Assembly (NCBI GenBank): GCA_000002435.2
Contig: CM018791.1
Reading direction: 5' to 3' (one strand)
Length of the DNA: 64,000 nucleotides
Source: Giardia intestinalis
Lineage: Eukaryota
A program made the translations under genes and the position numbers. Of this stretch, positions 48,815 through 58,800 are shown in pieces. Under the pieces are notes generated by a model, which was not told where the DNA came from, searched no databases, and saw nothing but the letters and a program-made list of their open reading frames with translations. Numbering within the stretch: position 1 is the first letter of the stretch; each line of letters starts with the position of its first letter.

Positions 48815-49301
48815 TCGCCCGGGTCTTTAATTATTACATTGAAATGACTTTAAATTTGTTTCTTTAAAAAGGATTGTCCGCGAACGCTATAAGCGCTGCG
48901 TAACCACCACGGCAAGTATTAGCAGTGCCGACTTGACCGTTCAGCGCTGTAACATATTTTTCTTTTAGACCCAGCGGCAAATCTCTTCATACATTTAATT
49001 ATATAACAACGATGAAGGTCTATCTCGCCCTACATCAGCACTACATTGGTATTGCCTGGGCGTTCTCCTACCTTTTGTTTCTAGTGTCTATGTTTTCTCT
49101 CAATTGGCTTTTGCTACGTTCCTCATTTCCTAGACTGCTTACTGGGCCTAATCCGATCGTAGAGCAAGCACTCAAAAAGGGCGCTCACACTTCATAGTGA
49201 GTATGAAAATGTGCGAAAAACTGAAACGCAAGGTTACAAAGGTAGACAAAGGATGAAGCAAGATTTCAATTAAAATAAAGCTTTTCGTAGCTTCATAGGC
49301 A

Positions 49302-51176
49302 ATGCTCCCGGCGTTTCCAGCTCCGGGAGCAAATATCTATCGCTCCAGCTTCTCTCTTGCAGCAAATTTTCGTACCACCAGCCTCTTGTTACGTGATTTT
49401 GGGGCCCTTTTGGATTCCCTACAAGATCACAGCACGAGACTGATAGAGGACAACATGGCAATCCTTGAGTTGCTATTGAATGCATCCTTTTGTCATGCTT
49501 TCTTCTTCCAAACCAGGGTCCTTCTTAAGAGCCACTTATCATATAGCTGGGAACCCTTACCGCACCAAACCACCCTCCCTCAAGAAAAGGTTATTTTAGG
49601 AGGCATTCTGGGCGGCTATCAATCGTATGTCAAGTGGATACAGCAGGAGTGCGAGTTCTTCACCAGATCTTCCGGCGACTTTATTGTTCAAAGGCATACG
49701 TTTGCCATTCTCAAGGCCATGCAACTCCAGGCAAGGCTGGTTTTTTTGGCGTTCAACCAGAACAGTCAGGACATAGATAACATTATTGTTGAGCTGCAAA
49801 AGCTTAAAGAGTTCTACGACAACCCATACGGCACTTTAGAGGCTCCTCTAGTCGTCACAGAAAAGCAGTTACATACTAAATTTCAGAAACTTATCAACAT
49901 ATCACGTTCTCTTGCGGAAGTACAAACAGCCATGGAATTGAGTGCCAAAGAGACACAAAATCTGTGTCGGCAAGATGCCAACTTTCTTTCAGTATATCTA
50001 TCACAAAATTCTGCCGCATCACTAAGTCAAGAGGCACTGGGAACTACTGTCAAAAGATATAAAGAAAGCAAGACTGTGCGAGTGTACAGGGAAGAGCTGG
50101 CGTCCATAGACTTCTATCGGCATCTTCCTCTTTTTGCACGTGGATCCCTCGTCTCTGTGGCCCATAAATTGAACAGCAGGCTATGTTATTGTCGCCATAG
50201 CACCTTCCGCTTACTTCAAGTGGGAGAGTATCGTTATGGACATAGATACGCTCAGGTGATTAAGTCTAAGTACAGTGACAGGTTTCTAGACTTTCAGGAA
50301 ATATTTATGCTGCAGGACGCTCTGGACAAGCAAAGCATAGGGGCATATAGCACGACGAAACTTCTTATTCTGGGGCTCCTCTTGGCTGGTAAGCATGACA
50401 CGGCACGTAAGGAAATCATTGAGCTGCTAGAAAAGATGAGCACCGTAGACATCATTCTTACCGATTGGCTTTATATCTGCGACGATTGCATAATGCACGT
50501 TTCTGCCTCAGACGCTCTAAAGAGACACGCCACCATGCTCTCTAATGGGGACAGCTACCTTCCGCTTCTAAGGGTACTGGGCATGATGCACTACTCTGTA
50601 CACACCTACACATCGACAACAGTCAATCCATCAGAGCTTTATGAGGACCTCAAGAATCCTGAACGCCATTGGCACCGTGTTGGGAGCCAGGAGAGTGATA
50701 ACTTGAAGGTCCTGCTGCTAGGAACTACCAGCACGGTGCTTATGGAAGTGGCGGTTCAATCTATGCGATGGATTTTTCATAGACTTGCTCTATCTCTAGC
50801 AGACCCCATAGGCTCCCCCTTCTCCTTAGTCCAGCACATCATCCTTCTTTTCAATCTCTTGCTTATCCCCTTAGACATGTTGCTTGTCACTGCTAAAGAG
50901 GAGCACAGGACGGAGCTCAAGAAAGCTTTGTATGTGGCAGCTCCACACCTCGACGCCGTCATAGATTTGATCCTAGAAGGAAAACATGGAATACTGTTCA
51001 TTGTAAAAGGCTCTGGGTATGCTGGGCTCATGACAGTTGTGCGTCTGGTGGCAGAGACGACCATGGAGCAATACTATAGTGACCTCTACACCACCCTACT
51101 CAAACATTTAAGCATGGAAAGCGTGCCACCAGCTACTCGACGTCTCATAGAAAGATATACTTTAATCTCAATTTAA
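49302..51176 (+). CDS. Hypothetical protein (624 aa), largely alpha-helical, no recognised domain
   Basis: Long ORF from ATG 49302. Confidence 0.6.
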   Translation: MLPAFPAPGANIYRSSFSLAANFRTTSLLLRDFGALLDSLQDHSTRLIEDNMAILELLLNASFCHAFFFQTRVLLKSHLSYSWEPLPHQTTLPQEKVILGGILGGYQSYVKWIQQECEFFTRSSGDFIVQRHTFAILKAMQLQARLVFLAFNQNSQDIDNIIVELQKLKEFYDNPYGTLEAPLVVTEKQLHTKFQKLINISRSLAEVQTAMELSAKETQNLCRQDANFLSVYLSQNSAASLSQEALGTTVKRYKESKTVRVYREELASIDFYRHLPLFARGSLVSVAHKLNSRLCYCRHSTFRLLQVGEYRYGHRYAQVIKSKYSDRFLDFQEIFMLQDALDKQSIGAYSTTKLLILGLLLAGKHDTARKEIIELLEKMSTVDIILTDWLYICDDCIMHVSASDALKRHATMLSNGDSYLPLLRVLGMMHYSVHTYTSTTVNPSELYEDLKNPERHWHRVGSQESDNLKVLLLGTTSTVLMEVAVQSMRWIFHRLALSLADPIGSPFSLVQHIILLFNLLLIPLDMLLVTAKEEHRTELKKALYVAAPHLDAVIDLILEGKHGILFIVKGSGYAGLMTVVRLVAETTMEQYYSDLYTTLLKHLSMESVPPATRRLIERYTLISI

Positions 51177-51292
51177 AAAATTCGGTCAAAAATTTAAACA
51201 ATTGGCTGGGGTGTCTGTGTTAAAACAATCCGAGTTCATCGATACGCCGTAACCAGCCATCGCTACAATAAGGTGAGCACAGGACTGATATT

Positions 51293-52693
51293 ATGCCATC
51301 TGAGGCCTTTTTAACCGATACTCTGAACCTTGGGGTGGACGATATTCCAGCTGAGTACCGTACCTCTTTTCTTCTTGCTACGCTTTTTCGAGTGAAGCCA
51401 GGGGGGATCTGGACAAATGAGGATGATCGTATCACTCTCCGCGCATTCCCTGAGGCCGTTTTGGGCGACGTCTGTGCTGATGCTATAGTTGAGTTAGATG
51501 CTAGCATTCAGCCGGTGTTCCCACTATCTTTTTACAACCCAACACACACCTGTCTGCAGATGCAAAATGCTTTCAACTTAAAGTCCAATTCGCTGGATGA
51601 GCGGGTAAAGGTGCTTTCGACCTGCAGAGATGATGAGCTAGTATTTAAGTGCTATACAAAGCAGTACGGGCTCGGATGCAAGCACTACCTGTGCAAGTGT
51701 CAGGTTTATTGTGTTGCTTGTGACAGATTTTACTTTTGCAGACAGTGTCACAACGAAGCACATCGGAACCACGACTTAGAGTATATTGATTCTTCTCACA
51801 CCACCCCCCAGATTAAGTGCGTTCTCTGCGGGGCAGTTTCTCCGCCGACTTCAATTTGCCCTTCATGTGGAGTCAACTTCGCCGAGTACTATTGCCCCAT
51901 GTGCTTATTATACTGTGATGCTGGCCAAGAAATGCATCCTCGTGGGCATTGCAGCACGTGCGGCGTCTGCGTTTTGTACAATAATACACTCCCTGGTGTT
52001 GAAGACCGCTGTCAATTGCACGTAAGCAACGACGCTGTTGATGAAGATCTGTGCCAGTTCTGCATGGGATCAGTCGACAATCAAAGGAACTCGTTTCTCA
52101 TGCCATGTGGTGCCCACTATGCACACACTCAGTGTTATACGCGATCCATTGCTGAGTGTTCGTATCAGTGTCCATCATGTAAGAAGCTCATTTTGTACTC
52201 AACCATGCGGGCGGAGTTTGAGGTTCGGATGCGTGAGCTTTTCGAGATAACAAAGCGGCCCCCCGAAATTCTCACGAACCTCGCCAGCTACATATGTTAT
52301 GAGTGCGGAGAGTCGTTCGTAGATCAGCCTCATATTGTTCCTCTACGCTGTTGGAACCCAGCCTGCCTTTCTTTTAATACAGCCCCAATTGACGACAAAA
52401 TGACCAGCAACATGCGGAGACAGATATTTGAAGCTCAGAATCAAGTATTCAGGAGAATGAAACTTGTGCCCCTAGAGTTTAACTTGGAGCGTGCGCTAAT
52501 TAGAATGGTCTATAACTTGACCGAGCGGTACGGAGCTGAGATCCGCGCCCACTTTAATCTTGATGCAAAAATGCCATTAGGTGAGCGTTACGTTGTCTCA
52601 TATCTTTCAGAACTGCATCCAGATTTGTTTAGGGGTGTCGCCTCTCGGGACGACCTTTTGGAGAGGTTGCAAACGTTCCTCAATCGAAAATAA
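51293..52693 (+). CDS. RCHY1/Pirh2-like E3 ubiquitin ligase (CHY zinc finger + CTCHY + RING-H2 + zinc ribbon)
   Basis: CHY finger GCKHYLCKCQVYCVACDRFYFCRQCHNEAHRNHDL...CVLCG...CPSCGVNFAEYYCPMC...HPRGHCSTCGVC. RING-H2 CQFCMGSV...MPCGAHYAHTQCY...CPSCKK. C-terminal Cys ribbon YICYECGE...CWNPAC. Confidence 0.8.
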   Translation: MPSEAFLTDTLNLGVDDIPAEYRTSFLLATLFRVKPGGIWTNEDDRITLRAFPEAVLGDVCADAIVELDASIQPVFPLSFYNPTHTCLQMQNAFNLKSNSLDERVKVLSTCRDDELVFKCYTKQYGLGCKHYLCKCQVYCVACDRFYFCRQCHNEAHRNHDLEYIDSSHTTPQIKCVLCGAVSPPTSICPSCGVNFAEYYCPMCLLYCDAGQEMHPRGHCSTCGVCVLYNNTLPGVEDRCQLHVSNDAVDEDLCQFCMGSVDNQRNSFLMPCGAHYAHTQCYTRSIAECSYQCPSCKKLILYSTMRAEFEVRMRELFEITKRPPEILTNLASYICYECGESFVDQPHIVPLRCWNPACLSFNTAPIDDKMTSNMRRQIFEAQNQVFRRMKLVPLEFNLERALIRMVYNLTERYGAEIRAHFNLDAKMPLGERYVVSYLSELHPDLFRGVASRDDLLERLQTFLNRK

Positions 52694-52781
52694 AAAGAAG
52701 TAGTCATTGAGTGATGGGTGCAGTAGCTCAAGATTTTCTACTTAGTCCGACATCTATGCATAGATGCTTTGTAAATTAAAA

Positions 52782-54776
52782 ATGAACCGAGGGAGCATTG
52801 AGGACCTGTTCAAGCAGATGACTCCCATCTACGATCTGGTGTGTAAGTGTACAGAGACGCAGGAGAAAGAGCTGCTAGATGCGCAAGAGCGTATCGATTA
52901 TCAATTTGAGCTCATCACTAGTCGTGTTTTTATCATTTGTCTTCTGCAACACATACAGTGCGTCCACCGTAATTGTCACTCCTCCTACCTTCAGTATGTT
53001 AGGGACAACGCAGTTGATCTTATTGTTGGGTGCTACTCTACTCCCATTGATGAGTCTCCTTTGATCAAGGCTCTGACACAACTGGTCTCTCAATTTGAGG
53101 CCAAGCAAGAGAATAGTGATAGCAGTACAGCAGACTCTAAGTTTAAGGAGGGCCATGAAGAGACTGAAAAGCCCCTCAGCGTTGAGGCGTTTACTCTGCG
53201 CTTCAAAGAGGCGACGTACGAGCTGTTCCGTCAGGACTGGGACCGCCGTCGTACCTTCGCTGCAGCAGTGCAAGATGCAGTTCTTAAAGAACTGGAGAAG
53301 GTCAACGTCAGACTCCCAGTGGTATCTGAAAAGGTTCTAGATCCACTTTCAGACAAACCCTTATTTATCCCCCCTTCCATGATAGATAAGCAGCGCCAAT
53401 ATCTTATCCAGGAATTAGACGTGGCAATTGAATCTCTAGAGCGGGAGTTAGGAGGTGATAGCGTCAGAAAAGCAACAGACAGGCCCGAGCATGAGCTCCA
53501 TGAACTGATTCGTCAGATGGAAGGGGCCAAGAAGGAACTGGATGCTTGTTTACACGCAGCTGTCGCCGGTGGCCTAGAATCACCCTTAGACGATATTCTT
53601 CTGGATTTATCCTCTCCAATCCGTAAGCCCGTAACCACGCAAGTCGAGTTACATCCCAGAATTGTTAGCGCGCAAACAATTTTGTCAAACTTTTGCGATT
53701 TCCTTAAAAAGCAGCACGACAAATTCATTGAAGAAAAGGACATATTACTTAAAGAAACACCAATACAATTGTTTGTCCATACGCTCTTGAAGAAACTATC
53801 AGACTCTGACCTGACCACCAGTAGCACGGTGGATTCTAAGACTCTAGTAGCAGTTGATGAGCTGATCGCGGCATGTGACAGAATCATCGCCGATGCATCT
53901 CCCGTGGCTGAAAATCTAAAGCAATCCTACATATTCAGCAACCCAGGGGCGCAGGCTCAGTATAATGTTGACTCTCTGGCAGATGCAGCCGAAGGGGCCC
54001 TTTACTTCCTTGAAGCTAAGAAGGAGATTCCACCCGTTCCACTAATCCACCATTCAGGGCCTCCTTCGCTTACCACGCCGCTCAAGACAGTGGCAACCAT
54101 GGTGAGGGAGTTCTTCAACTATAGCGAAGATAAAAAGCAGGACCTAAAGGCTCTTGTTACGGGTCTTTTACCACTTTCCGGGTTTGTGGCGTCCCTGCTA
54201 CCATCTAGCTTTTCAAAACAATTGAATATGCTGTCCTCATGTTCCCTGGATATTCAAGGGGTTTTAAAGGTAGCGATAGATTCCTTGGACAAGCTATCTA
54301 CGTCAATCCTTCCGCCACTGTCTCCCCTCTTGCAAACTCCTACTGCCGCTGAAACCGTTAACAGGCCAATTGTATCCCAGCCAATAACATCTTCTGTCTT
54401 ACGCTCGTTTTCAAAAAAGTATGTGGCTACCAGTCAACTCTTTAAGCAACTGCTTGCACAACTAGAAAAGTCTAAAAGAAAACTTTCAGACCAGTGTGTT
54501 AAGAAAGACGAGGCGGACGAACTTCGCAGAGAACAAGAAAGCTATAGCAATCTTGAGACAGAGACTCAGCTGGAGAAGCTCATAGACAATTTAAAAACCA
54601 CATATATCTGTCCTATTTGTCGTGATGACCTCAGTAATGCATTCCTTGTGGGCTGCGGACACATTGCGTGTTCTGCGTGCTTATACCACATGTACGAGAC
54701 GCGCACACGCAAGTGCCCCATATGCCAGAAGCCATATAAACAAGAAGACATTGTCGAGTTTGCAGTCATACGATGA
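52782..54776 (+). CDS. Coiled-coil protein with C-terminal C3HC4 RING finger, Bre1/RNF20-like E3 ubiquitin ligase (alternative ATG at 52764)
   Basis: C-terminus YICPICRDDLSNAFLVGCGHIACSACLYHMYETRTRKCPICQKPYKQEDIVEF resembles the Bre1 RING (…C.H.FC..C…Y.TR.RKCP.C…F…D). Upstream is about 600 aa helical/coiled-coil. taaattaaaa precedes ATG 52782. Confidence 0.6.
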   Translation: MNRGSIEDLFKQMTPIYDLVCKCTETQEKELLDAQERIDYQFELITSRVFIICLLQHIQCVHRNCHSSYLQYVRDNAVDLIVGCYSTPIDESPLIKALTQLVSQFEAKQENSDSSTADSKFKEGHEETEKPLSVEAFTLRFKEATYELFRQDWDRRRTFAAAVQDAVLKELEKVNVRLPVVSEKVLDPLSDKPLFIPPSMIDKQRQYLIQELDVAIESLERELGGDSVRKATDRPEHELHELIRQMEGAKKELDACLHAAVAGGLESPLDDILLDLSSPIRKPVTTQVELHPRIVSAQTILSNFCDFLKKQHDKFIEEKDILLKETPIQLFVHTLLKKLSDSDLTTSSTVDSKTLVAVDELIAACDRIIADASPVAENLKQSYIFSNPGAQAQYNVDSLADAAEGALYFLEAKKEIPPVPLIHHSGPPSLTTPLKTVATMVREFFNYSEDKKQDLKALVTGLLPLSGFVASLLPSSFSKQLNMLSSCSLDIQGVLKVAIDSLDKLSTSILPPLSPLLQTPTAAETVNRPIVSQPITSSVLRSFSKKYVATSQLFKQLLAQLEKSKRKLSDQCVKKDEADELRREQESYSNLETETQLEKLIDNLKTTYICPICRDDLSNAFLVGCGHIACSACLYHMYETRTRKCPICQKPYKQEDIVEFAVIR

Positions 54777-54824
54777 GAAGCCTGGCCGCTGACGTATTCT
54801 GCTGCTTACCAATGCTCCTATCTT

Positions 54825-57131
54825 TCATGACTCTAGTGCCGCTAACAGTTCAGTATTGTACTTCCTAAACTTCAGACTTGTGATAGTATCCAACTGACTA
54901 GGTTCCTCGGCTGCTATGACATCCAAAATCATTGAAGCCAGGACAGAGCAGATGTATGCAGAGCGTCCATGGAAGCTGTCACTGGCGCTTTTGATAACAA
55001 AGGCGCCCTCTTTTCGATGGCCACTTCCCCTAGCGGTAGTTGTTGACCGTGAGCGCACGCGAGAAGAACTCCTGGGAGGTGGTACGGTCAACATCGTTTC
55101 GTCCGTTTCATAAAGAAATTTAAGGATGCATGGAAAGAAGTTTTTGGTGGCAAGAAACACGCTCCTAAAGTTTTCATGAACACAGGCTTTCAGTATACAA
55201 AGTAGGATGGTCCCGACATAATCTGGCTCATCCTCCAACTTGACCAAAAAGGACAAGAGGGTCTCCGGAAGCTTCTTCACGTGGTCTGGGTTTAAGAGAA
55301 CCTTGCCGGAGTTCAGAAGATTGCTTAGCATTGATATTGCTTCCAGCTTGAGGAGTTCAGGTGAAGAGTTCCGGAGGATTAAACTAACTGTGAATTTTAA
55401 GACGCCTGGATTCTTGGCTATAAACTGGAGAGGTGCCGATGCCACCGCTCCCAGTAAGACTGTCGTGTACTTGTCACTGTCACGCTTTAACATGACGTCC
55501 ATAAGTTCTGGGATATGAGCAAAGGACTTGTCAGTAATTTGACGCTTCGGGATCATAGGGTAATGCGTAGCTATATTGCTGAACATAAGATAGAATTCTG
55601 GAGTGTCCAGCCGCACAGCCTGCCTACTGAGTGGAACAAGGATTCCAGAGGCGATCACTGGCAGAGTTGTCCGCCCTGAAATAAACAGATTAACGAGCAA
55701 GGCAATTAGTTCCATTGGTGGCCTAGGGAGAAGGCATGCAGCTAGAATGGAGAACATCAAGATGTCCGTTCGCTCAAACGACTCTAATCCTAAGTCATCT
55801 GTGGAGAGAATGTAAAGAAAGCGTGCGTAAGCTACAACTACGTTCGTTATGTGGTCCAGCTCAGCTGTCTCCGCGCGGCAGTCATGTCTGGAAACAATCG
55901 GTAGAAGCTGACTTACTTCGGGCCAAGATGTGCCCCCAGAGGTAGATGTAATCGAGAGCTTTTCGCCTAAAACAGCCACTAGCTCTTGTAGCAGTTTTGA
56001 AAAATGTGGCTGAAGAGACAAAAGAACGCCAGCCCTGACAATTGTGTGTCTAGCTGTATCATCGAAACATAAGTTGTACAGAAACCGTAAGATAGAATCG
56101 ACCGAGGATCCTGCAGTGTCTTCTCCCAAGAGCTTAATTACATTAGCCAAAATATCCGTACTCATTGTGAGCCGTGCGCCTTCGGGAGTGATGGCAAGTC
56201 TGCGCAAGAAAGTAACTGCAAGAGCGATAAGGGGCTGATTGATCGGCCTTCTCTTAATGATTGTGCCAATGTAGGACACAAACTTCTCAATCTCACAAAA
56301 TAAAATAAGCTCGTTCTGCAGCTCTGACGCAGCCTCCGACAGGTTGATAACTGTATGAATAGCTGCAAAGAGAAGCTTATCCTGGATTTCAATCATACGC
56401 TTGTATCGCTCATACTCTTCCAAATAGTATTTCTTCTTCGACTCCTTCTCCATATCTTTGGCCGCCTGGACATCCTTTTTAATCTTGGCTATTTTAGTGT
56501 ACCAAACCTTGTGGCGCTTTTCCTCCTGCTCAATTAGCCTTATAAGGGCATCGGGGATGTTTTGTCTGAGAAGCTGGCGTCCATAGGTGCAGTGGTGCGA
56601 CAGCGAAAAGAAAATAAAGCATATGTTTGTCGCAAATAACATGGACTTTGCTCCGTCCTCACGCAAGCTGCGCGTTAATGCTGCAAGAAGGACATCGTTG
56701 AAGGCCAAGACATTAAGGTTCTCTGCCTTTTCGCAAAGCTTGAAAATACGGCTTGTTGCTTCTATTTTGATCGGAAGTTCGTCATAGAAGCACTCAATAT
56801 ATTGATTAATCTTATTAATAGATGGCTCGCCACAGATAGCGAGTTCACGGTTTTCTAGAAGAGCGCCAAGCAGGCACTTAAGCAGATCCCTGTTGCTTTC
56901 TGTAAAAAGACTGCACCCGAGAATGAGCTCATCAACGATTTCCGGGATGTTCTCTCGGCTAAATACCCCCACGGGGAAGGTCTTCTTGTTAGGTCGGATG
57001 GTCTTGTGAAGAGCCCCAGTGGCCTCGTCCCTATTAACTATGATTGCTTCGTAGTGAATAACAATGGCCTTTTTTAACAAATCTATTTCTATGGCACCGG
57101 GTCGAACCTTCTTGGAGACTGTTGCTTGCAT
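54825..57131 (-). CDS. KAP3: Kinesin-associated protein 3 (KAP3/KIFAP3), armadillo-repeat adaptor of heterotrimeric kinesin-2 (intraflagellar transport)
   Basis: Strong similarity to the conserved KAP3 block: IECFYDELPIK...IFKLCEKAENLNVLAFNDVLLAALTRSLREDGAKSMLFATNICFIFFSLSHHCTYGRQLLRQNIPDALIRLIEQEEKRH, followed by ARM-like repeats. Confidence 0.75.
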   Translation of the reverse strand: MQATVSKKVRPGAIEIDLLKKAIVIHYEAIIVNRDEATGALHKTIRPNKKTFPVGVFSRENIPEIVDELILGCSLFTESNRDLLKCLLGALLENRELAICGEPSINKINQYIECFYDELPIKIEATSRIFKLCEKAENLNVLAFNDVLLAALTRSLREDGAKSMLFATNICFIFFSLSHHCTYGRQLLRQNIPDALIRLIEQEEKRHKVWYTKIAKIKKDVQAAKDMEKESKKKYYLEEYERYKRMIEIQDKLLFAAIHTVINLSEAASELQNELILFCEIEKFVSYIGTIIKRRPINQPLIALAVTFLRRLAITPEGARLTMSTDILANVIKLLGEDTAGSSVDSILRFLYNLCFDDTARHTIVRAGVLLSLQPHFSKLLQELVAVLGEKLSITSTSGGTSWPEVSQLLPIVSRHDCRAETAELDHITNVVVAYARFLYILSTDDLGLESFERTDILMFSILAACLLPRPPMELIALLVNLFISGRTTLPVIASGILVPLSRQAVRLDTPEFYLMFSNIATHYPMIPKRQITDKSFAHIPELMDVMLKRDSDKYTTVLLGAVASAPLQFIAKNPGVLKFTVSLILRNSSPELLKLEAISMLSNLLNSGKVLLNPDHVKKLPETLLSFLVKLEDEPDYVGTILLCILKACVHENFRSVFLATKNFFPCILKFLYETDETMLTVPPPRSSSRVRSRSTTTARGSGHRKEGAFVIKSASDSFHGRSAYICSVLASMILDVIAAEEPSQLDTITSLKFRKYNTELLAALES

Positions 57132-57157
57132 TTTTGATTTTATAAACCTGGAATTTT
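57132..57157. promoter_or_regulatory. 26-bp AT-rich divergent promoter (tttttgattttataaacctggaatttt) between KAP3 and the 204-aa gene
   Basis: Outward-facing ATGs at 57131 (minus) and 57158 (plus). Confidence 0.5.
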
Positions 57158-57772
57158 ATGCTGATGAACACCCCTGTTTCTAAAGCTTCTATCAGTGTCT
57201 CCAGTGCCCTCCATCTTAGTTCCAAGGATCTCATCAACTCAATACTCAAGAAGATATGTGTTGCGTTTAATCGCTTTAGGCCGGGCATCTTAGAATGTTC
57301 AAAGACGATCAAATTTCGGTATCCTGAAGAGTTCTTTTCGGCTGCAATGAAAGAGTTTGTCTCTAGATGTGCTCGATCGCTGTCTCTATTACAACACTTT
57401 TTGGAGATAGAAACTATTAGTCAAGAATTACACGTTACCCCAGAGCAGCTAGAGACTCTGATCTTGTCTGGGGAGTCATTGGTAGAAAAGCTGCGCAATG
57501 AGCTAGAAATCCTTAAGGCTGCAAGCTCTCTGGATCAGGCTACCCTTCTTATGAAGCACGTTCACCGTAGCGCTAAACAAAGGCATGCGGTTGCCCACAA
57601 GAATGCTCTCTTAAAACTTCTACTGGGAATAGTCGAGACCATTATGAAAGAACAGTATCCACGAGATGGGATGTCTTCTGCAAATATCCTTCTAAGTAAT
57701 GTCATTCAACACATTAACAATTTAGATACCGTCGTCAGTGATGCGCGTAAACTCCTAGCTGATGTACCATGA
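57158..57772 (+). CDS. Hypothetical protein (204 aa)
   Basis: ORF from ATG 57158 directly after an AT-rich initiator; no recognised motif. Confidence 0.5.
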   Translation: MLMNTPVSKASISVSSALHLSSKDLINSILKKICVAFNRFRPGILECSKTIKFRYPEEFFSAAMKEFVSRCARSLSLLQHFLEIETISQELHVTPEQLETLILSGESLVEKLRNELEILKAASSLDQATLLMKHVHRSAKQRHAVAHKNALLKLLLGIVETIMKEQYPRDGMSSANILLSNVIQHINNLDTVVSDARKLLADVP

Positions 57773-57963
57773 GTCTGTAAGAACACCTGAGTGTCTGATG
57801 TACTTTGTAAAAGGGCCTACCCACATCTGAGCAAAGTTCAACAGCGTAGTATTATTCTGCTGATTCTGCTTGAACAAATGTCAAGCTTCTTTTTGGGCGT
57901 GTCCGCGGCGTCTGGGCTGGGACTGGAGCCTTGGGGAGGCACGCAGCAGCCAGGGTCGGCAGC

Positions 57964-58800
57964 ATGCTCAGCAAGGATGCCTTCAGTGTTATCTACTCTC
58001 TCAGGAGAGGCCCCCACCTCACCGTGGAGGAGATTCAGCTCGGTGGCCTGGACAAGAACAGTGCAGATGCCATCAGACTAGAGCTGACCGCCCTTCTCGA
58101 CCTCTCCCATCCAGGGGTCCTCAAGTATCATCAAGTGATTGAAGACGAGGGCCTCATCTACGTCGTCACGGACCGCCACAGCAGGACTCTTGACAACCTC
58201 CTCGCCGAGCACAAGCGAAGGAAGAACCTCGTCCCTATCGCTATGATCCTCTCCGCCATGAAGCAGGTCGCTGCCGCCCTCGCCTACCTCCACGGCGTCA
58301 ATGGGGCAAACAATAGGGGGCTTGTCCACTGTGACCTCAGGCCTGCCAACATATTTATCAGCGCAGACGGAGAGCGCTTCATCATCGCTGGCCTCGGCCT
58401 CTGCAAGGACGCCCTGTGGAGTGAGAGCACTCTCATGGGAGTGGCAGTATACATGGCCCCCGAGGTGCTCCTCCGTAATGAGTCCAGCCCCGCCTCCGAC
58501 GTGTGGAGCCTCGGGGCCATCATTTATGAATTAGTAACTCTGAGGAGACCGGACTTCCTGGGGGGCAAGGAGCCAGCAGAGGTCTTCGTCGACGGGTGGA
58601 GGCCGGACCTGAGCGGTGTCGCTGATGGCTTCATGCAGAATGTTCTGGAGAGGATACTCGTGCTGGATCCTGGAAGGAGGCCGACGGCCAGGAAGCTCGT
58701 CCGTCTACTTCGGATTCTCAACATCTCTGCTGATGGACAGGAAGCCCGAGGCACAAGGCTAAAGGTCATTTACTCTGTTTCACCGAGGTTGGTTTGCTAA
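57964..58800 (+). CDS. Short NEK-like kinase-domain protein, predicted pseudokinase (278 aa from the first ATG at 57964; the ORF-track start at 57931 is a TTG)
   Basis: Kinase C-lobe motifs are present (LVHCDLRPANIFI in the HRDLKPxN position, YMAPEV, DVWSLGAIIYEL). The glycine loop is absent, the VAIK Lys position reads TVEEI, and DFG is replaced by GLG (IIAGLGLCK). Confidence 0.6.
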   Translation: MLSKDAFSVIYSLRRGPHLTVEEIQLGGLDKNSADAIRLELTALLDLSHPGVLKYHQVIEDEGLIYVVTDRHSRTLDNLLAEHKRRKNLVPIAMILSAMKQVAAALAYLHGVNGANNRGLVHCDLRPANIFISADGERFIIAGLGLCKDALWSESTLMGVAVYMAPEVLLRNESSPASDVWSLGAIIYELVTLRRPDFLGGKEPAEVFVDGWRPDLSGVADGFMQNVLERILVLDPGRRPTARKLVRLLRILNISADGQEARGTRLKVIYSVSPRLVC

